Made by a program: the position numbers and the translations under genes
DNA from: Octopus sinensis
Taxonomy: Eukaryota
Assembly (NCBI RefSeq): GCF_006345805.1
Contig: NC_043001.1
Location: 36,270,001 to 36,334,000 of the forward strand
Reading direction: 5' to 3'
DNA: 64,000 nt
Shown here: positions 27,826 to 41,844 of the stretch, one piece after another
How positions within the stretch are numbered: position 1 is the first letter of the stretch
Layout of the letters: every line of letters begins with the position of its first letter
The notes under the pieces: generated by a model
Seen by the model: only the letters and a program-made list of their open reading frames with translations
Database searches by the model: none
Told to the model about the DNA's origin: nothing

Positions 27826-28269
27826 TATGTATGTATATATATAAAAGGCAGGATATGTGTGTGTGTGTACGTAAATGTAATTTATGCACGCCCACAAATT
27901 AGCACGCATGTCGCTCCAATTTTAGGAGGACATTCGTCATGATCCTAGCTGTATTTTCGTCAACTTATCCTTACCAGAGGCAACGGTGAATACCAGTAAA
28001 AATCAATTTTCAACCAAAACTTTTAACAATTTTCAAATCGATGAAATCACCATTGTTTGCAAACAGGAATTAAGTCCACCTCTAGTGACGAGTGAGGTTT
28101 TGTTAAGACTTTTGTTGTTTTTTTTTCCATCGTGGAAAAAAGTGTTTTGTTGATATACGGGCAACACAGAGACACACACATGAACATGTATGTGTACAAA
28201 AACATGTTTGCAATAGGTGTACGTACATGTGTGTATGTGTGTGATGCCCGTATATATATATATATATAT

Positions 28270-28360
28270 TACTAAGTTGTTTGAAATAAAGAACTTGATT
28301 AACTTAATATTCCTAACTTAATTCTAACGTAATCCCGGGCAAAGCCGGGTTATACTGCTA

Positions 28361-28361
<1 letters not shown>
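28270..28361 (+). mobile_element. Helitron 3' end fragment
   Basis: CCCGGGCAAAGCCGGG hairpin followed by TATACTGCTAG|T. Confidence 0.7.
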
Positions 28362-28401
<40 letters not shown>

Positions 28402-28425
28402 AAAAAATTGTTGTATACAGTGCTC

Positions 28426-28967
28426 ATACATATAACTTAACTATCTTCGAGTTTTTATAAGATTCATTGCTTTTAAATCAAAGGAAATTTTTTTTTAAAG
28501 AGATAGGCAGTTTATTTAGAATGATAATTTTTAAAACAAGGAGTTACTCACAAAGTTATCTCTGCAAAATGCGCAGAGAAGAGAGACGCTAAAGGAAACA
28601 AGATTCGAAGAGAAAGTAGATACATGTGTGATGTCTGCAAGATAACTTTGTGTGTAACTCCTTGTTTTAAAAATTATCATTCTAAATAAACTGTCTATCT
28701 CATTTAAAAAAAAAAATTGTTTTGATTTAAAAGCAATGCATCTTATGAAAAATCGAAGATAGTTAAGATATATGTATTTTTTTAATGTCCGAGTTAACTC
28801 GTTTAAATCCAAATGAGTAAAAGTACATTTTAATTTCTATAATAAAAAATAAAAGAAACAAGATAAAAATTTTTTTTTTGTAATTAATACAGTGTATATA
28901 ATTAAAAAAAGAAAAAAAAATGCTTTTAAATGAAACGCCATGTCAAAATAATTGATCCATTAAGGGG
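28426..28967 (+). mobile_element. piggyBac 3' remnant with inverted duplication
   Basis: 28567-28689 encodes KCAEKRDAKGNKIRRESRYMCDVCKITLCVTPCFKNYHSK*, a piggyBac cysteine-rich C-terminal domain. Ends GGG|TTAA at 28965-28971. Confidence 0.8.
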
Positions 28968-29527
28968 TTAAGAGAGAAATGTTTCTGTCGTGCTTAATGT
29001 TACTTTTAAGTTAGTTGCCGCTACGTTTGTTTATCCGTATGTTCCTTATTCTCTCTTCTATACACATATACAAACACCAAAACGTGCAACGGATTAAATG
29101 TTTTTATAATTCTCCTATATGGCTGTTCAGAAAATATTTGTAACTGTTATTTCATGCGCGGTTTTATGTAAAAAAAAAATGTACATAGATAGCGGCTGTG
29201 CACTCTACGACATTCCATTACCTGCTAAGCACAATAACATCGTGTGTACACACAAGCATATATATGCATCCCATACTATGTTTCACACAACTGGTCATTC
29301 AGTCTCCGTTTTTCATTCTTTTCCGACCTATTTTTTGTCTTATATAGCATGAATCAAATTTCCTATACAGTAGCCATAGAATACGTGGATATTTTATACA
29401 ACCAGTTTGAATTTCAAGTATGAGAGATATTATTCTGAAACGAAAAAAAGTCAACCAAATATATATTTAAAGGGATTCCTTTTTATAGTTATAAAGAATA
29501 CAGATGGTATAATACACAATAAGATTA

Positions 29528-29656
29528 CCGTATTTTCCGCACTATAAGGCGCACCGGATTATAAGGCGCACCTTCAATGAATGGCCTATTTTAAAACTTT
29601 GTCCATATATAAGAAGCACCGGTTTTTAGGTGCGCCTTATAGTGCGGAAAATACGG
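29528..29656. mobile_element. 129-bp pogo/Tc2-type MITE
   Basis: Perfect 28-bp TIRs CCGTATTTTCCGCACTATAAGGCGCACC with TA target-site duplication. Confidence 0.9.
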
Positions 29657-30415
29657 TAAGTATCTGGCCTCCTATGAAGAATCAACAAACAATTTTTCAT
29701 TTAGCTTATTTGTATTGGAATCCATTTAGTTCGGTCAGTCTGTCAATATTATCGTCGTAACATGTTTGATAATTTATTCCAAAAATATCCACAAAATCTT
29801 TCACTTGATGTTTTTCATACATAATATTTCCTTTTGCAAGCAGATTTCCCCTATCGACTGTGATCTTAAAAGTATATATCAAATTTATTATGTAAAAACA
29901 TGAAATTTATATAATTTAATTAAATTCGAATATTGTAAATTGGTATCACTGTGATAATTTATAACCAAAAAATGTTATACAAAATGTGGAATATATTTTA
30001 TTAAATATATTTAACTAACATACACAAACGCATTAATATAATATAATATAATATAATATAATACTATATAATAATATAAATGTTTATTATTTTAAATGTA
30101 CATGAATTACAAAACAATATTTCATGCAATAAAAAATAAAACTCTTTTAATGTTTACCAATCTTCTTAAGGTAATACAATTGAAATTTCATAAATAATCC
30201 GAAGAGTTTCATGCCAGTAATGCATATTTACTCCGAAATCCTGGAGAGAATTAAAAATAAAATATGTGTTTTGAGAAGTATATAAGGAAGAAATCGTTTT
30301 TGAAAGAGATCAGTTATGAAACCCAATCAAGTTTGGATGTTTAAATTGAAGTATTTGGGGGAGTAGATTCAAATCTTACTTTCTCGAATACTAATTTAAT
30401 AATACATTATAATAT

Positions 30416-30800
30416 AGGCGCAGGAGTGGCTGCGTAGTAAATAGCTTGCTTACCAACCACATGGTTCCGGGGTCATTCCCACAGTGTGGAAACTTGGGTA
30501 AGTGTCTTCTGCTATAGCCTCGGGCCGGACAAAGCTTTGTGAGTGGATTTGGTAGACGGAAGTTGAAAGAACCCCATCGTATATATATGTATATATGTAT
30601 GTGTGTGTGTGTGTGTTCGTGTCTGTGTTTGTCACTCCCAACATCGCTTGACAACCGATGGTGGCGTGTTTACTTCCCCGTAACTTAGCGGTTCGGCAAA
30701 AGACACCGACAGAATAAGTACCAGGCTTACAAAGAATAAGTCCTGGGGTCAATTTGCTCGACTAAAGGCGGTGCTCCAGCAGGGCCGCAGTCAAATGGCA
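30416..30800 (+). mobile_element. SINE family A, full length
   Basis: Sequence match. Confidence 0.9.
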
Positions 30801-31114
30801 GTAATATTTTGTAATATGTTGCTTGTGTTTATTATTTCATATTGTATTTATATATTAATTAAAACAATCACTATTTGTGTTAAGAAACAGATGTATCCCA
30901 GCAGAAATAGGAGGTTCACTCCTATTTCTAACTAAAGGTGGCTGGCAGAAACGTTAGCATGCCGGGTGAAATGCATAGCAGTATTTCGTCTATTAGTAAT
31001 TAGTTTAAGTGAAATACAACCATTGTGTGTTTCTTCGGCAAAATGAACCACCCAAATTACAGAAATATATATGTTCATACGCTAGTACATATAAATGCAT
31101 GTATGAACGTATAT

Positions 31115-31211
<97 letters not shown>

Positions 31212-32499
31212 GTGTATATATGTGTATATGTGCGTGTGTGAGTTTATGTGTATATAAACATCTAAAAACATTCATATATTCTTAGACTTGTTATATTTTC
31301 TATTGAAGTATATTGTAAACAGAAAGCAAAACTTCTTCATAAACCCATTCGTAACGTTTAGAAATTATAATAATTTATTCAGAAAATGTAGGAAAAATTT
31401 CCGGCAGATATCTAGTTACATATGTTCAAATATATATTACATTATTAATCAAACTTATTCTTACTTGGTTGATTTCTTGACATTGATACTTACTATAAGT
31501 GGCTTATATTTTACATACTGCTATTATCCTTGCGTACACACACACAAACACAGACACACACATATATTGTGTATGTATGTGTGCATACATACTACTTACG
31601 TAAGTGCATATATACACATATACAAACACACAACGGTTACTTGAGAGGAATATGAAGCAGACCGTAACGGCATGTGTTTTTTTTTAGTTTAATTCATTGA
31701 ATTACTTAATTCGTTACTCGTTTTCTGTATTAATATATTTTGATACTGCAGGGTGACGTTGTATGAATAGAAATACTATTCACGTGGGTGCTATTAGGCA
31801 GACACATATGCAGTGCTAGCGACAATTTGGAGGAGCCAGACAATATGAAATCCGCTCGAAGTTTTTGCAGCTGAAGTTTCTCAGTTTCAAATATGATACT
31901 TCTCGTCGTTTCTTAACTCTCAGTAAATTGTGATTGTGTTATTGTTCACACCCAGATCAGTTCTCTTTGAACAGATGCAAAATCAGCCCTGTTTGAGCGT
32001 TTACAGGCAGTGGCATATGATTGGATTCTAGCATGTCAAACGTCAAAGTAGTGGTTCGCTACACCTGTTTCACGCATTCTGATTCCGTGAGTGGGAACTC
32101 TTAACAGTTAATAAATAAAAAGTGAGCAGAAACAACTTGTTTCGAAATTACCAACCTATGTGATTTGAAGCTCATAGGGCTGGCTTATTGATCCGTCCTG
32201 CCAGCAAAGATCAACTGATTTTAACTCATGACTCATGATGTGTCCAGAAAGTTTATCGTCGCACAGTTTAAAACCCTAATCTGTTATTAGGTATTTTGGG
32301 CGGAATCCATTCTATGCAAACAGGAGAATCAGGTCTTCGGTTTCAGACTACCAATAGTGGTTTCCATTTTATCACCATTCCAGGAAACTCTGTTAATTAT
32401 AAGGCGTTATCATTTCTACTCTGATTAGATAAAAAAAAAATACCAAATGTAATCTTTTAGGAATTCTCAATAAGTTCTGAGTACACCAATTGTGAAGTC

Positions 32500-33136
32500 A
32501 GTTATGTAATAACATGAAAAATAAAGTAACTCCGGAAAAGGCCTTTTCTGGGGCTGCAGACTATATAGAACATAGTAGGAAATACTAATAAGGTATGTAT
32601 ATTAAAATCGTGAAGCATGGTATGTAATAATAGACTAATCAAATATGAGATAATAACAATTCAAAGTAAATAACTCTGAAAAGGGCTTTTGTTCATTCCT
32701 AGAGAATATTACCCTCAGGGGCGCTAGTGTTGGTATATTCGTGAATAAGTCACTAACCGAAATATGTAGATCTATTTTTTAGGAAAATACTATTTAGTTG
32801 TTTAATGGTTGTTACTGGATAAATTGCGAAAATAACTCTAAATTTTCAAATACTAAGAAATAAGCATACTCAATTTCATTTTTACTAAATAATTTAAGAA
32901 AATGAATGGGTTATTTCCCTTGGCTTTTAAAATAAAATATATTAGATGTGTATAAGGATCCCTTCCAGGAGTCCTATTGTTGATATTTTCAACAATCTGA
33001 GTATGCCAAGGGGTTTCCAGCCATGAGTTCTACTCACGTGTCAAATTTCATCAAAATCAATAAAACTATGTAGGAGGAGTTAGTTAACAACTCCACAAAC
33101 ACACCCACAGACAGAATTTCCCTCATATATAGTAGA
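32500..33136 (-). mobile_element. Helitron-like element, 5' part
   Basis: Minus strand starts A|TCTACTATATATGAGGGAAATTCTGTCTGTG and has the GATTTTGATGAAATTTGACAC motif also seen in the 55.6-kb Helitron. 3' end not located. Confidence 0.5.
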
Positions 33137-33241
33137 TAAAAAACAGACACGCTTAAAAAGGAAGAAAGTGGACTGTGACAAAGCATAGAAAACTGCATTC
33201 GCTACAGACTGTGCTACTCATACATATAAATGTATACATAT

Positions 33242-33281
<40 letters not shown>

Positions 33282-33367
33282 GAAGCATTGTTTGATTGTT
33301 TTCACCTTTTTGTACCCTTTTTATATATAAAATACAACAATTAGCCGTCATTTTTGATGTAACGGGA

Positions 33368-33510
33368 TCCCCGTAACTTAGCGGTTCGGCAAAAGTGACC
33401 GATAGAATAAGTACTAGGCTTCCAAAGAATAAATCCTGGGGTCGATTTGCTCGACTAAAAGCGGTGCTCCAGCATGGTCGCAGTCAAATGGCTGAATCAA
33501 GTAAAAGAGT
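33368..33510 (+). mobile_element. SINE family A 3' fragment
   Basis: Sequence match. Confidence 0.85.
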
Positions 33511-35290
33511 AATCAAAACAAATTTAAATAAACTATGAGAATATACTCTGTATATTTCAGAAATATTTGTTTTCAGAGGTAAATCGTTAAATTGTTGTAA
33601 GAAACAAATAATTGAATTATTTTTGCTAAATAATTAAGCCAATAATCGAAGTTATTTGTCTGCCTTCTAAAAATTTTACATCATTAATGACTAGGAAAAT
33701 AACGATATGGAGCTGAAACTGAAATTTAAGTCAATTATAATAGGAAGATAAATAATAGGAAGAATCTTTATTTAGTTATAATGAGCAAGACTTAAAATTT
33801 TTCAGTCTTATATATTGTTTGGCGCTGCTTTGCATTTGATCTTGAGTTTGATTTGAAAGAGCATGGAATAATAAATAAATCAGGAAATATTTTTTCAAAA
33901 CTTAGATGAATACATTTCAACTATTAATGATTTGCTTATGAAATCATAAGCAACATAACGTCTCGTTATATAAATAAGAGACTTCGAATCATTTTCTTTT
34001 AGTTTTTTTTTTTGAGAAAAAAAAAACAACAGCAAAGCAAAACATTGAATATAGCTTCCTATGAAAGCAAATTCAGTCATGTCTATCTCATAAGTAATAA
34101 CATGAAACCACTAAAGAAACGTAGATTAACCGATGCTTTTAATGAAATACGGAAATATTTGCTTTCACAGAAAATGTAGTCAAACGTTAAATGTTGCTTC
34201 TAAAGCTAAAGAAATGATATATGAAGAATACGATGGTGTACTGAAGAGTTTCTGACTTTGGGTAAAAGCAGATACAGGAGGATCAATTAATTATATTCCT
34301 CTCATATTCTCACACTTATTGCAGCGGTTTTTCAGTTTTTCTAAGCCCTGTAACAAAAACTCGGAAGGTTAGGCTTCCAACAAGGCTTTTCGCGACACCT
34401 TTAAACCTAGGAACTTATCTACAGATTTGATTTTACACATACACACACACGCACTCACAAATATACATTCGTTCTTGTAGTTGTCTACACTCAATGTAAT
34501 ACAATTTGAGAGTACCTATGATCATGGACATTCGATCTGTGACCATTACGTCGTTTACTAAGACACAATCAACTCTAAAGCAAATAGCTAAAATGCCATT
34601 TAATAAAATCAGTCCGTTATGATCTAGGTTAGATGTGTTTCATTTTCTTAGCAGGTGGTGCAGCCATATAAAATCTTTTAAAATGTTTCATATTTCATAC
34701 GATCGTACCGGCATAAACGACGGTCAAGAATAGAAACCTGGTTTCAGAATTTTGTCTGTTTATAAGATTCTTCATTGGGGACTGAAACTGATACCAAATA
34801 GTCAAAACGTCGTCCATGAGAAGGTGCTGCAAAGTTCTTGGTTTTAAGGTTATCGTGAATGGCCTGGTTGGAAGACCAACACTCCGATTTCTTTTACAGG
34901 GCTTAAAAAAACTGAAGAACCGCTGCAATATGTGTGTGAATCTGAGAGGGTAATATGTTGACCTCGGCGGAATTTGAATTCAGAACTTAAAGACTGAATA
35001 AATACCGCCTTAATCAGATAGCAAATATTAAAGACTTAGGGTGAAAAGCGATGGAAATTTTTTTCATACAGAACACAGCCAAGAGAAACAAGCAAACAGT
35101 ATACTACTGGTACTAGTAGAAGTATTAGTGCCAATACAATGTACCTGGGCCCAGGAAATTCCTGAGCTCTCAGAAAATATTTGGCCATTTATTGAAGGCG
35201 AGCGTTCTTAGACAGGTAAACAGCGCTTGAAAGAAACAAATGCATCGACTAACAGAATTCCTCTCGAAATCCCAAGCTGCGGTAACGGTA

Positions 35291-35373
<83 letters not shown>

Positions 35374-35928
35374 CAGCAGCAGCAGCAGCACTAGAGGCAA
35401 CGACAATGTAAGTTGTGTCTTTAAGAGACAGAAGGCGGAGAAGAAGGGCAGTTCCATATTTCATGGGTATCAGTGGAAGTAGATTCAATCAAGTATTTCC
35501 AAAGATAGCAATTGATAGGCTTCAAAGGTTTCTTCGGCAATTCCCACTTTGAGCATTATGAAGACAATAAGAAATCCATAACATTGCTTATTTGGGCATT
35601 TCTGTCAAAACTGTGCAATCACACTATATTTCACAGCGAACGTATTTGTATTGGTTCCAAAACTGGTGCACAGCGTGATGTTATCTATACAACCACTTGA
35701 AGATATTTACGTATATGCATGTGTGTATGTGTGTGTAGAGAGAGAGAGAGAGAGAGAAAGAGAGATAGATAGATAGATAGATTTACATATATTTATATAT
35801 ATATATATATATAAGAATAAATATGTTATATATGTATAAATATGTGTCTATATATGTATATATATATATATATATGTGCGTATCTATCTATCTATCTATC
35901 TACTATCTATCTAGATATCTAGATATCT

Positions 35929-35963
<35 letters not shown>

Positions 35964-35964
35964 C

Positions 35965-36009
<45 letters not shown>

Positions 36010-36020
36010 GATAGATAGAT

Positions 36021-36083
<63 letters not shown>

Positions 36084-36084
36084 G

Positions 36085-36137
<53 letters not shown>

Positions 36138-36777
36138 TCGCTATGCTTTCTATGTAATAAGCAGGCTATCTTAATATGCATATATCGATTGTTATATCTT
36201 CATATATTCATATAAATCTGTACACATATACACACACATATGTATGTATGTAAGTATGTATATATGTATGTATGCGTGAATGAATGACTGAATGCATGTG
36301 TGCATGTATGTATGTATGTATGTATGTATGTATGTATGTATGTATGTGTGCATTCATATACGTATGTATATGCAAACGTGTGCTCTTATTGAACGCAATT
36401 TTTATAGACTTATATATGTATGTTTTCCTTTCTTCCATTATCACGCTCGGGCACAGATATACGAAGACGTACACGTATTTAAGCGTTATGATGCGTACGT
36501 GCTTCCATAACACCACCGTACTATCAAACTGGCATTCCATTCCATAAACACACATACACGTACGTGCACACTTGAATACACACACATGTAGATAAACATA
36601 GTAGTAAAATTATAAAAGATTTATATATTTGCATTGACATACTTACAACTATATCTACATACGGATAAACAGTAAAGTTGATAGAAAATTTTATCACTGG
36701 CGTATTGCAACAAATCATATATATTAAATCCTAAAATAGCTTCCAACATATACATACATACGTACATGCATACATAC

Positions 36778-36808
<31 letters not shown>

Positions 36809-36940
36809 GTGTGTGTATATATATATGTGTGTATATGTATATATATATATATATGTACATATATATGTTTGTATATATATATTTATACATATATATGTAT
36901 GTGTGTATGTATGTATACATATATATGTATGTGTATGTAC

Positions 36941-36972
<32 letters not shown>

Positions 36973-37642
36973 ATGTATGTATATATATATATATACATAC
37001 ACACACAAGCACACGCACGCACACACACGTCTATATACTTATGATATATGCATTTACCCCATTGCCACCACCAAATATTTTCCTCACACCTCGAAGGAAG
37101 GAAATGGAGTAGCGTTCTCGCACTATTTTTGTTTTTTTTTGTTTTTTTTTCTCTTACTATCAAATTCATTTTATTGCAGTTGTGATATCTTTTATATAGG
37201 TAAATATGTATGCGTGTGTATGCGTGCGTGAGTGCGTGCCGCCTAGGTAGGCAGTGCCTACTTTGAATAAAATACATCGATAGCAACATTTTACTTATAT
37301 GGCAAAATATGCCCCAAGTTCAATAAAATTATGAAGTTTACTCTGATTACTATGCATAAAATGCAAAATATTTTATTTTTTGTTGATTAGGTAGGCATAA
37401 TTCGTCCCTGCCTTTCAATCTCAGTATTTAAGCTACGCATAGTACTGCTGTAGTACTTTCCTATAGTAACGTTTTCTTTACGTGCTATAGACGTAGAAAT
37501 AGATCTGCCTTCAACTCAGTCACGCGGCTGTGTTTCGCTTATTTTTTGTGTGTTTCACTATAGAAATGTCACCAACTGCCTACCCTGAGTAATTACTGAC
37601 GGTACGTGCCTGATCCACGTGTGTGTGTGTGTGTGTGTGTGG

Positions 37643-37673
<31 letters not shown>

Positions 37674-37732
37674 TGTGTGTGTGTGTGTGTGTTCGTGTGT
37701 GTGTTAGACTAAAATCTATGTTTCTATAAATA

Positions 37733-38464
37733 CAAGGTCTGATCAAAAAGTATCCGAACTGTTTCCATGGTAACGAAGTTAAAGCATGCAGAGTAAAACT
37801 GCTCGGCAGAGATCGACCTTGGATCTCTTTTGTGCATATGGACTAAGTTTTAACGTTCTAGCTCACTTCCGCTGTTTACAACACCGCTTGGAAGGAAGGT
37901 GTGTAGCGTAGGATCAACGCATTGACTATGACAGAGAAAACAGTCATAGCGATACCGGCTCAGAGGCTTTCACAAAGTCACAGAAAGTGTACGGAGAGGA
38001 GTGTACGAGCCGCACACAAGTGTACCAGTGGTTCAGACGTTTCCAAGATGGTCGAAGAAAGGACGATATTGACGAACGTTCTGAGAGACCCGCAAGCAGC
38101 AGAACTAAGAATAGCATCGCAGATGTGTGTACAGCTGTGAGAGGAAATCGTCGAATCACCACCCGTGACTTATCAGAGGATGTGCAGATTTGTTATGGTT
38201 CAGTTCAGTCCATTATCGCTGAAGATTTGGGTATGAGACGTGTGGCTACCAACTTTGTGCCAAAACCTGCTTTCAACTGACCAAAATGACAACCGGATTT
38301 CAGTTGCCATCATCTTGATTGTGTCGAGAACAATGAAAACTTTTTGAAAACTTTGCGTAGGCCTCTGAGTAGACATCGCCAAGCTTTTGGAAACAATTGA
38401 TACAGATTTCTCTCCTCAACTTTCTGACATTTTCAATGCGACGATCGCACGCTGCACACCTTCC
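37733..38464. mobile_element. Second copy of the mariner fold-back derivative, opposite orientation, one end truncated
   Basis: TA|CAAGGTCTGATCAAAAAGTATCCG. ORF 37987-38280 (YGEECTSRTQVYQWFRRFQDGR...GMRRVATNFVPK). Confidence 0.85.
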
Positions 38465-38723
38465 TCGTGTGATACCACCTATGTTACTGCTAATACAGCT
38501 CTCCCTTTGATGTTTTCTTTTTATTTTATTTGTTCCCTTTTGTCTTTTGTGAAAGATGACACTCGATACTACTATCCCTAGCTGGCGCTCTTTGCCATCA
38601 TACTCGTGCATCTGGGATCTCAGAAACTAGAATAATCACATATTTCTTCAATTTTTCGAGTAGTGTTTCTAACTTCTACAGCAAGATATAGCAAGATATA
38701 GAGAAGCTGTGCATGTGCGTATG

Positions 38724-38762
<39 letters not shown>

Positions 38763-38884
38763 CAAAATAAGCGACAAGGATATCCAGAGGTAATGCAGTA
38801 CGATCGTTTCATGCGATCTCTTGGTGATTTTGTATAAAATTATACTAATGTGTCCTTTAAATTTCATTAAATTCTATGTTTTTT

Positions 38885-38974
38885 GTGCAGCTGAAGATTG
38901 CTCTACATTTTAAATTGATTGTAATGTTTGCATTGTTCAATTAAATGGAATCGCATGAAACGATAGTACTGCAT
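38885..38974 (+). ncRNA. Type I hammerhead ribozyme in inverted element 38760-39005
   Basis: GTGCAG CTGAAGA TTGC...GCAT GAAA CGATAG TA CTGCAT. The inverted partial copy at 38764-38817 has the perfect stem III palindrome ACGATCGT. Confidence 0.7.
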
Positions 38975-39149
38975 TACCTCTGGATATCCTTGTTGCTTAT
39001 TTTGATTATAATCACCTTATTTTAAATTCTATGGATAATACCATACTAAATTCTGGTGTCTCAACTTAAGTACCATATTCATCTGATTATATATATATAT
39101 ATATATATATATTATCCGATTTTTATAGTATTAACTATCCATCACAGCT

Positions 39150-39235
39150 GGTCTTACCAATCGGTTTCGCGTAAAGAAAACAATGGAGTGTTAGGTAACA
39201 ATGAAATTATATTACTCTACGCTCATCAGAGTACC
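39150..39235 (-). ncRNA. Type I hammerhead ribozyme
   Basis: GGTACT CTGATGA GCGTAGAG...CTTTACGC GAAA CCGATTGG TA AGACC. Confidence 0.8.
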
Positions 39236-39292
39236 GGTTGTGCTAATCCACCTCCGAAAATAGAGAGCAGTCGCCATATTCCCTTCCATATA

Positions 39293-39384
39293 GGCTATCT
39301 CTGATGAGTGTAGAGTTATATAATTGGATCGTTACCAAACACTCCATTGTATTCTTTACACGAAACCGATTGGTAAGATCAGTC
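39293..39384 (+). ncRNA. Type I hammerhead ribozyme
   Basis: GGCTATCT CTGATGA GTGTAGAG...CTTTACAC GAAA CCGATTGG TA AGATCAGTC. Confidence 0.85.
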
Positions 39385-39507
39385 GTGATGGATATTCAAT
39401 AATATAAAATTCGGATAATAAACCCACTGTGCTGAAGTTATACGAGTGCATCTTCTCCCAGACTTATGGTCTCTTAGATGACTCACGCGCGTATATATAT
39501 AGTTACA

Positions 39508-40020
39508 TCTATATATATAAAACTGTAGTTGTGTGAGTGTCTGTCCCCTTCGATTTAGATTCCTAACTACTCCCACATTTTGCGGTGCAGTTTAACCAAA
39601 TTCTGGTATCTTATAGTCGTGATTCATATCGAGCCCGTCTGAGTATTAGCGCGCATCTACGATGAGTCTACGATTTTAAAAATAATTTAACATAATTTTT
39701 TATTCCATTTTAATGCATAATTTTTCGTGTGTCGATGGCGGCGGAGTTGGCGTCCATGGTCACACCGGCACCTGTTTGCTTCGCCCCCTTCTTCCCTCCC
39801 TCGTGAAGCTGTGGGGAAGGGAGTGTAAGGAAATCAACGTCGTAAAGCGTTGTCAAGGAGACCAGCGTTCTTTTAGAACAACGACTTCATGGCTTGAAGA
39901 CACCAAAACAGAAATGGCTAAGAAAGCCCGAATTGGCATCTATAAGGGAAGTAACTCTCTAAAAATGCTTATATAGTTATTTCCCTTACAAACCCGAGCA
40001 ACGCCGGGCGATACTGCTAG
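39508..40020 (+). mobile_element. Complete non-autonomous Helitron
   Basis: A|TCTATATATATAAAA...CCCGAGCAACGCCGGG hairpin...CTAG|T, with no TSD. Confidence 0.85.
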
Positions 40021-40267
40021 TATATATATAAATAAGGATAAGATCGTTAATTTGAATTAAATATCGATCTTATCAAGTGGCTAGCATGGAAATAAAAACC
40101 TTCAAAGGTAATAATTATTATTAAAATTATAATTTAGGGTATCTACGACATACCGCCATGCTGAAAGTAGCAGCCAAAATCTGACTCTGAAACCACATTA
40201 AATGTTCATACAGCACAAGGAGAGAAGACAAAAAGACAAAACAAAACTAGCAAAAACTTAGTGGATA

Positions 40268-40326
40268 ATTCCAGATCCTGGATTTCTGACTTTGCATTAA
40301 GAAATGGTTTGCCTCATCAGTGGAAT
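40268..40326 (-). ncRNA. Type I hammerhead ribozyme in element 40030-40355
   Basis: ATTCCA CTGATGA GGC...GTC A GAAA TCCAGGA TC TGGAAT. 6-bp stem I, AUC site. Confidence 0.75.
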
Positions 40327-40507
40327 ATACGCAGATACCCTAAATTATAATTTTAATAGTAGTTACATATACATACATACATACATACATACATACATAC
40401 ACATATATATATTATATATATATATATATATATACACATATATTTATGGAGAAATACATACATATAGATGCACATATATAATATAAATATAGATAGATAG
40501 ATGTCAT

Positions 40508-40560
<53 letters not shown>

Positions 40561-41149
40561 TATATGTTATATATATACAAAGAGAGATACACACGACGTG
40601 GCCTAGATCACCAAGAAATATTTGCAGGGCGGCTACCTCAACATGGTTGCAGTTTAGTGACTTAAACAGATAAAAAGGTTAAAAAGAAAAGATGGTCATA
40701 ATCTTGGTTAATTACCCCATCTCCAATATATTAAGAAGTTTTAAATCATCATCTAAAAGTGTAAATTATACACGATTCCACGCAAATATTGTATGACATT
40801 TATGTTTTCATAATTGCTAACTACGGCATTAACAGGAGCTGAAGCATCTAAATATTTCTTTCTAGATGGCTGTTTAGCTAAACCCATCAAGGATTGGGTT
40901 ATAAGTACTTGTAATGCTTGCTCTCTTTTGATATATTTTAAAAACTTCCAGATTTTTGGGTGGCAAGGACCAGCATTTGATTAAAAATTCTAGTGCCACC
41001 CTATGAGATATATTGTTATTGTTATGATTTTGTCTTACTATAATCAACAACAAACACATTTCGTCAATATTAAAGTCTTTATTAGATTAATAATAACATG
41101 AAGGTAAAACAAAACAAATATGCTTTGTTTTCTTCCAGACACCAATATA

Positions 41150-41380
41150 TATTTCTTTACTACCCACAAGGGGCTAAACACAGAGGAGACAAACAAGGAA
41201 AGACAAACGGATTAAGTCGATTACATCGACCCCAGTGCGTAACTGGTACTTAATTTATCGACCCCGGAAGGATGAAAGGCAAAGTCGACCTCGGCGGAAT
41301 TTGAACTGGGAACGTAACGGTAGACGAAATACGGCAACGCATTTCGCCCGGCGTGCTAACGTTTCTGCCAGCTCGCCGCC
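41150..41380 (-). mobile_element. SINE family B, full length
   Basis: Sequence match. Confidence 0.9.
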
Positions 41381-41844
41381 TTCATAATATACTGTAGCAG
41401 TAATATACTGTAGCAGTAATCTTTGTATATACTGTAGCAGTAATCTTTCACGTTGTTCACCTACCGACATTTTCTCTGAAAAAGTCAGTGGATTCATTTG
41501 ATCTCCATACATAAATTATTTTCCTCCTGAAACTTAAATAGAAATATATACACATTAGGGGACCTTTCTCTAAGCCGTACACTAATTTTCACATGTGAAA
41601 AATAACGGCTTATACACCGGGAAAATACAGTACACACCGGCAGTTAACTGCTTAGTGGTAATTGTCTTAGCCGATAATTGTCCTAGGAGGTTGCTGTCCT
41701 GAGGAGTAATTGTCCTTGGTTGGGAGAGGGGTGAGTTATTGTCCATGGGGATAAATGTTCTAGACTCGGTCATAATACAGGTGTGCGTAATTTTAGACTG
41801 GTTTGTACTCTCGTTCTTTTGTTATTATTTTAACAGTAGGATAA

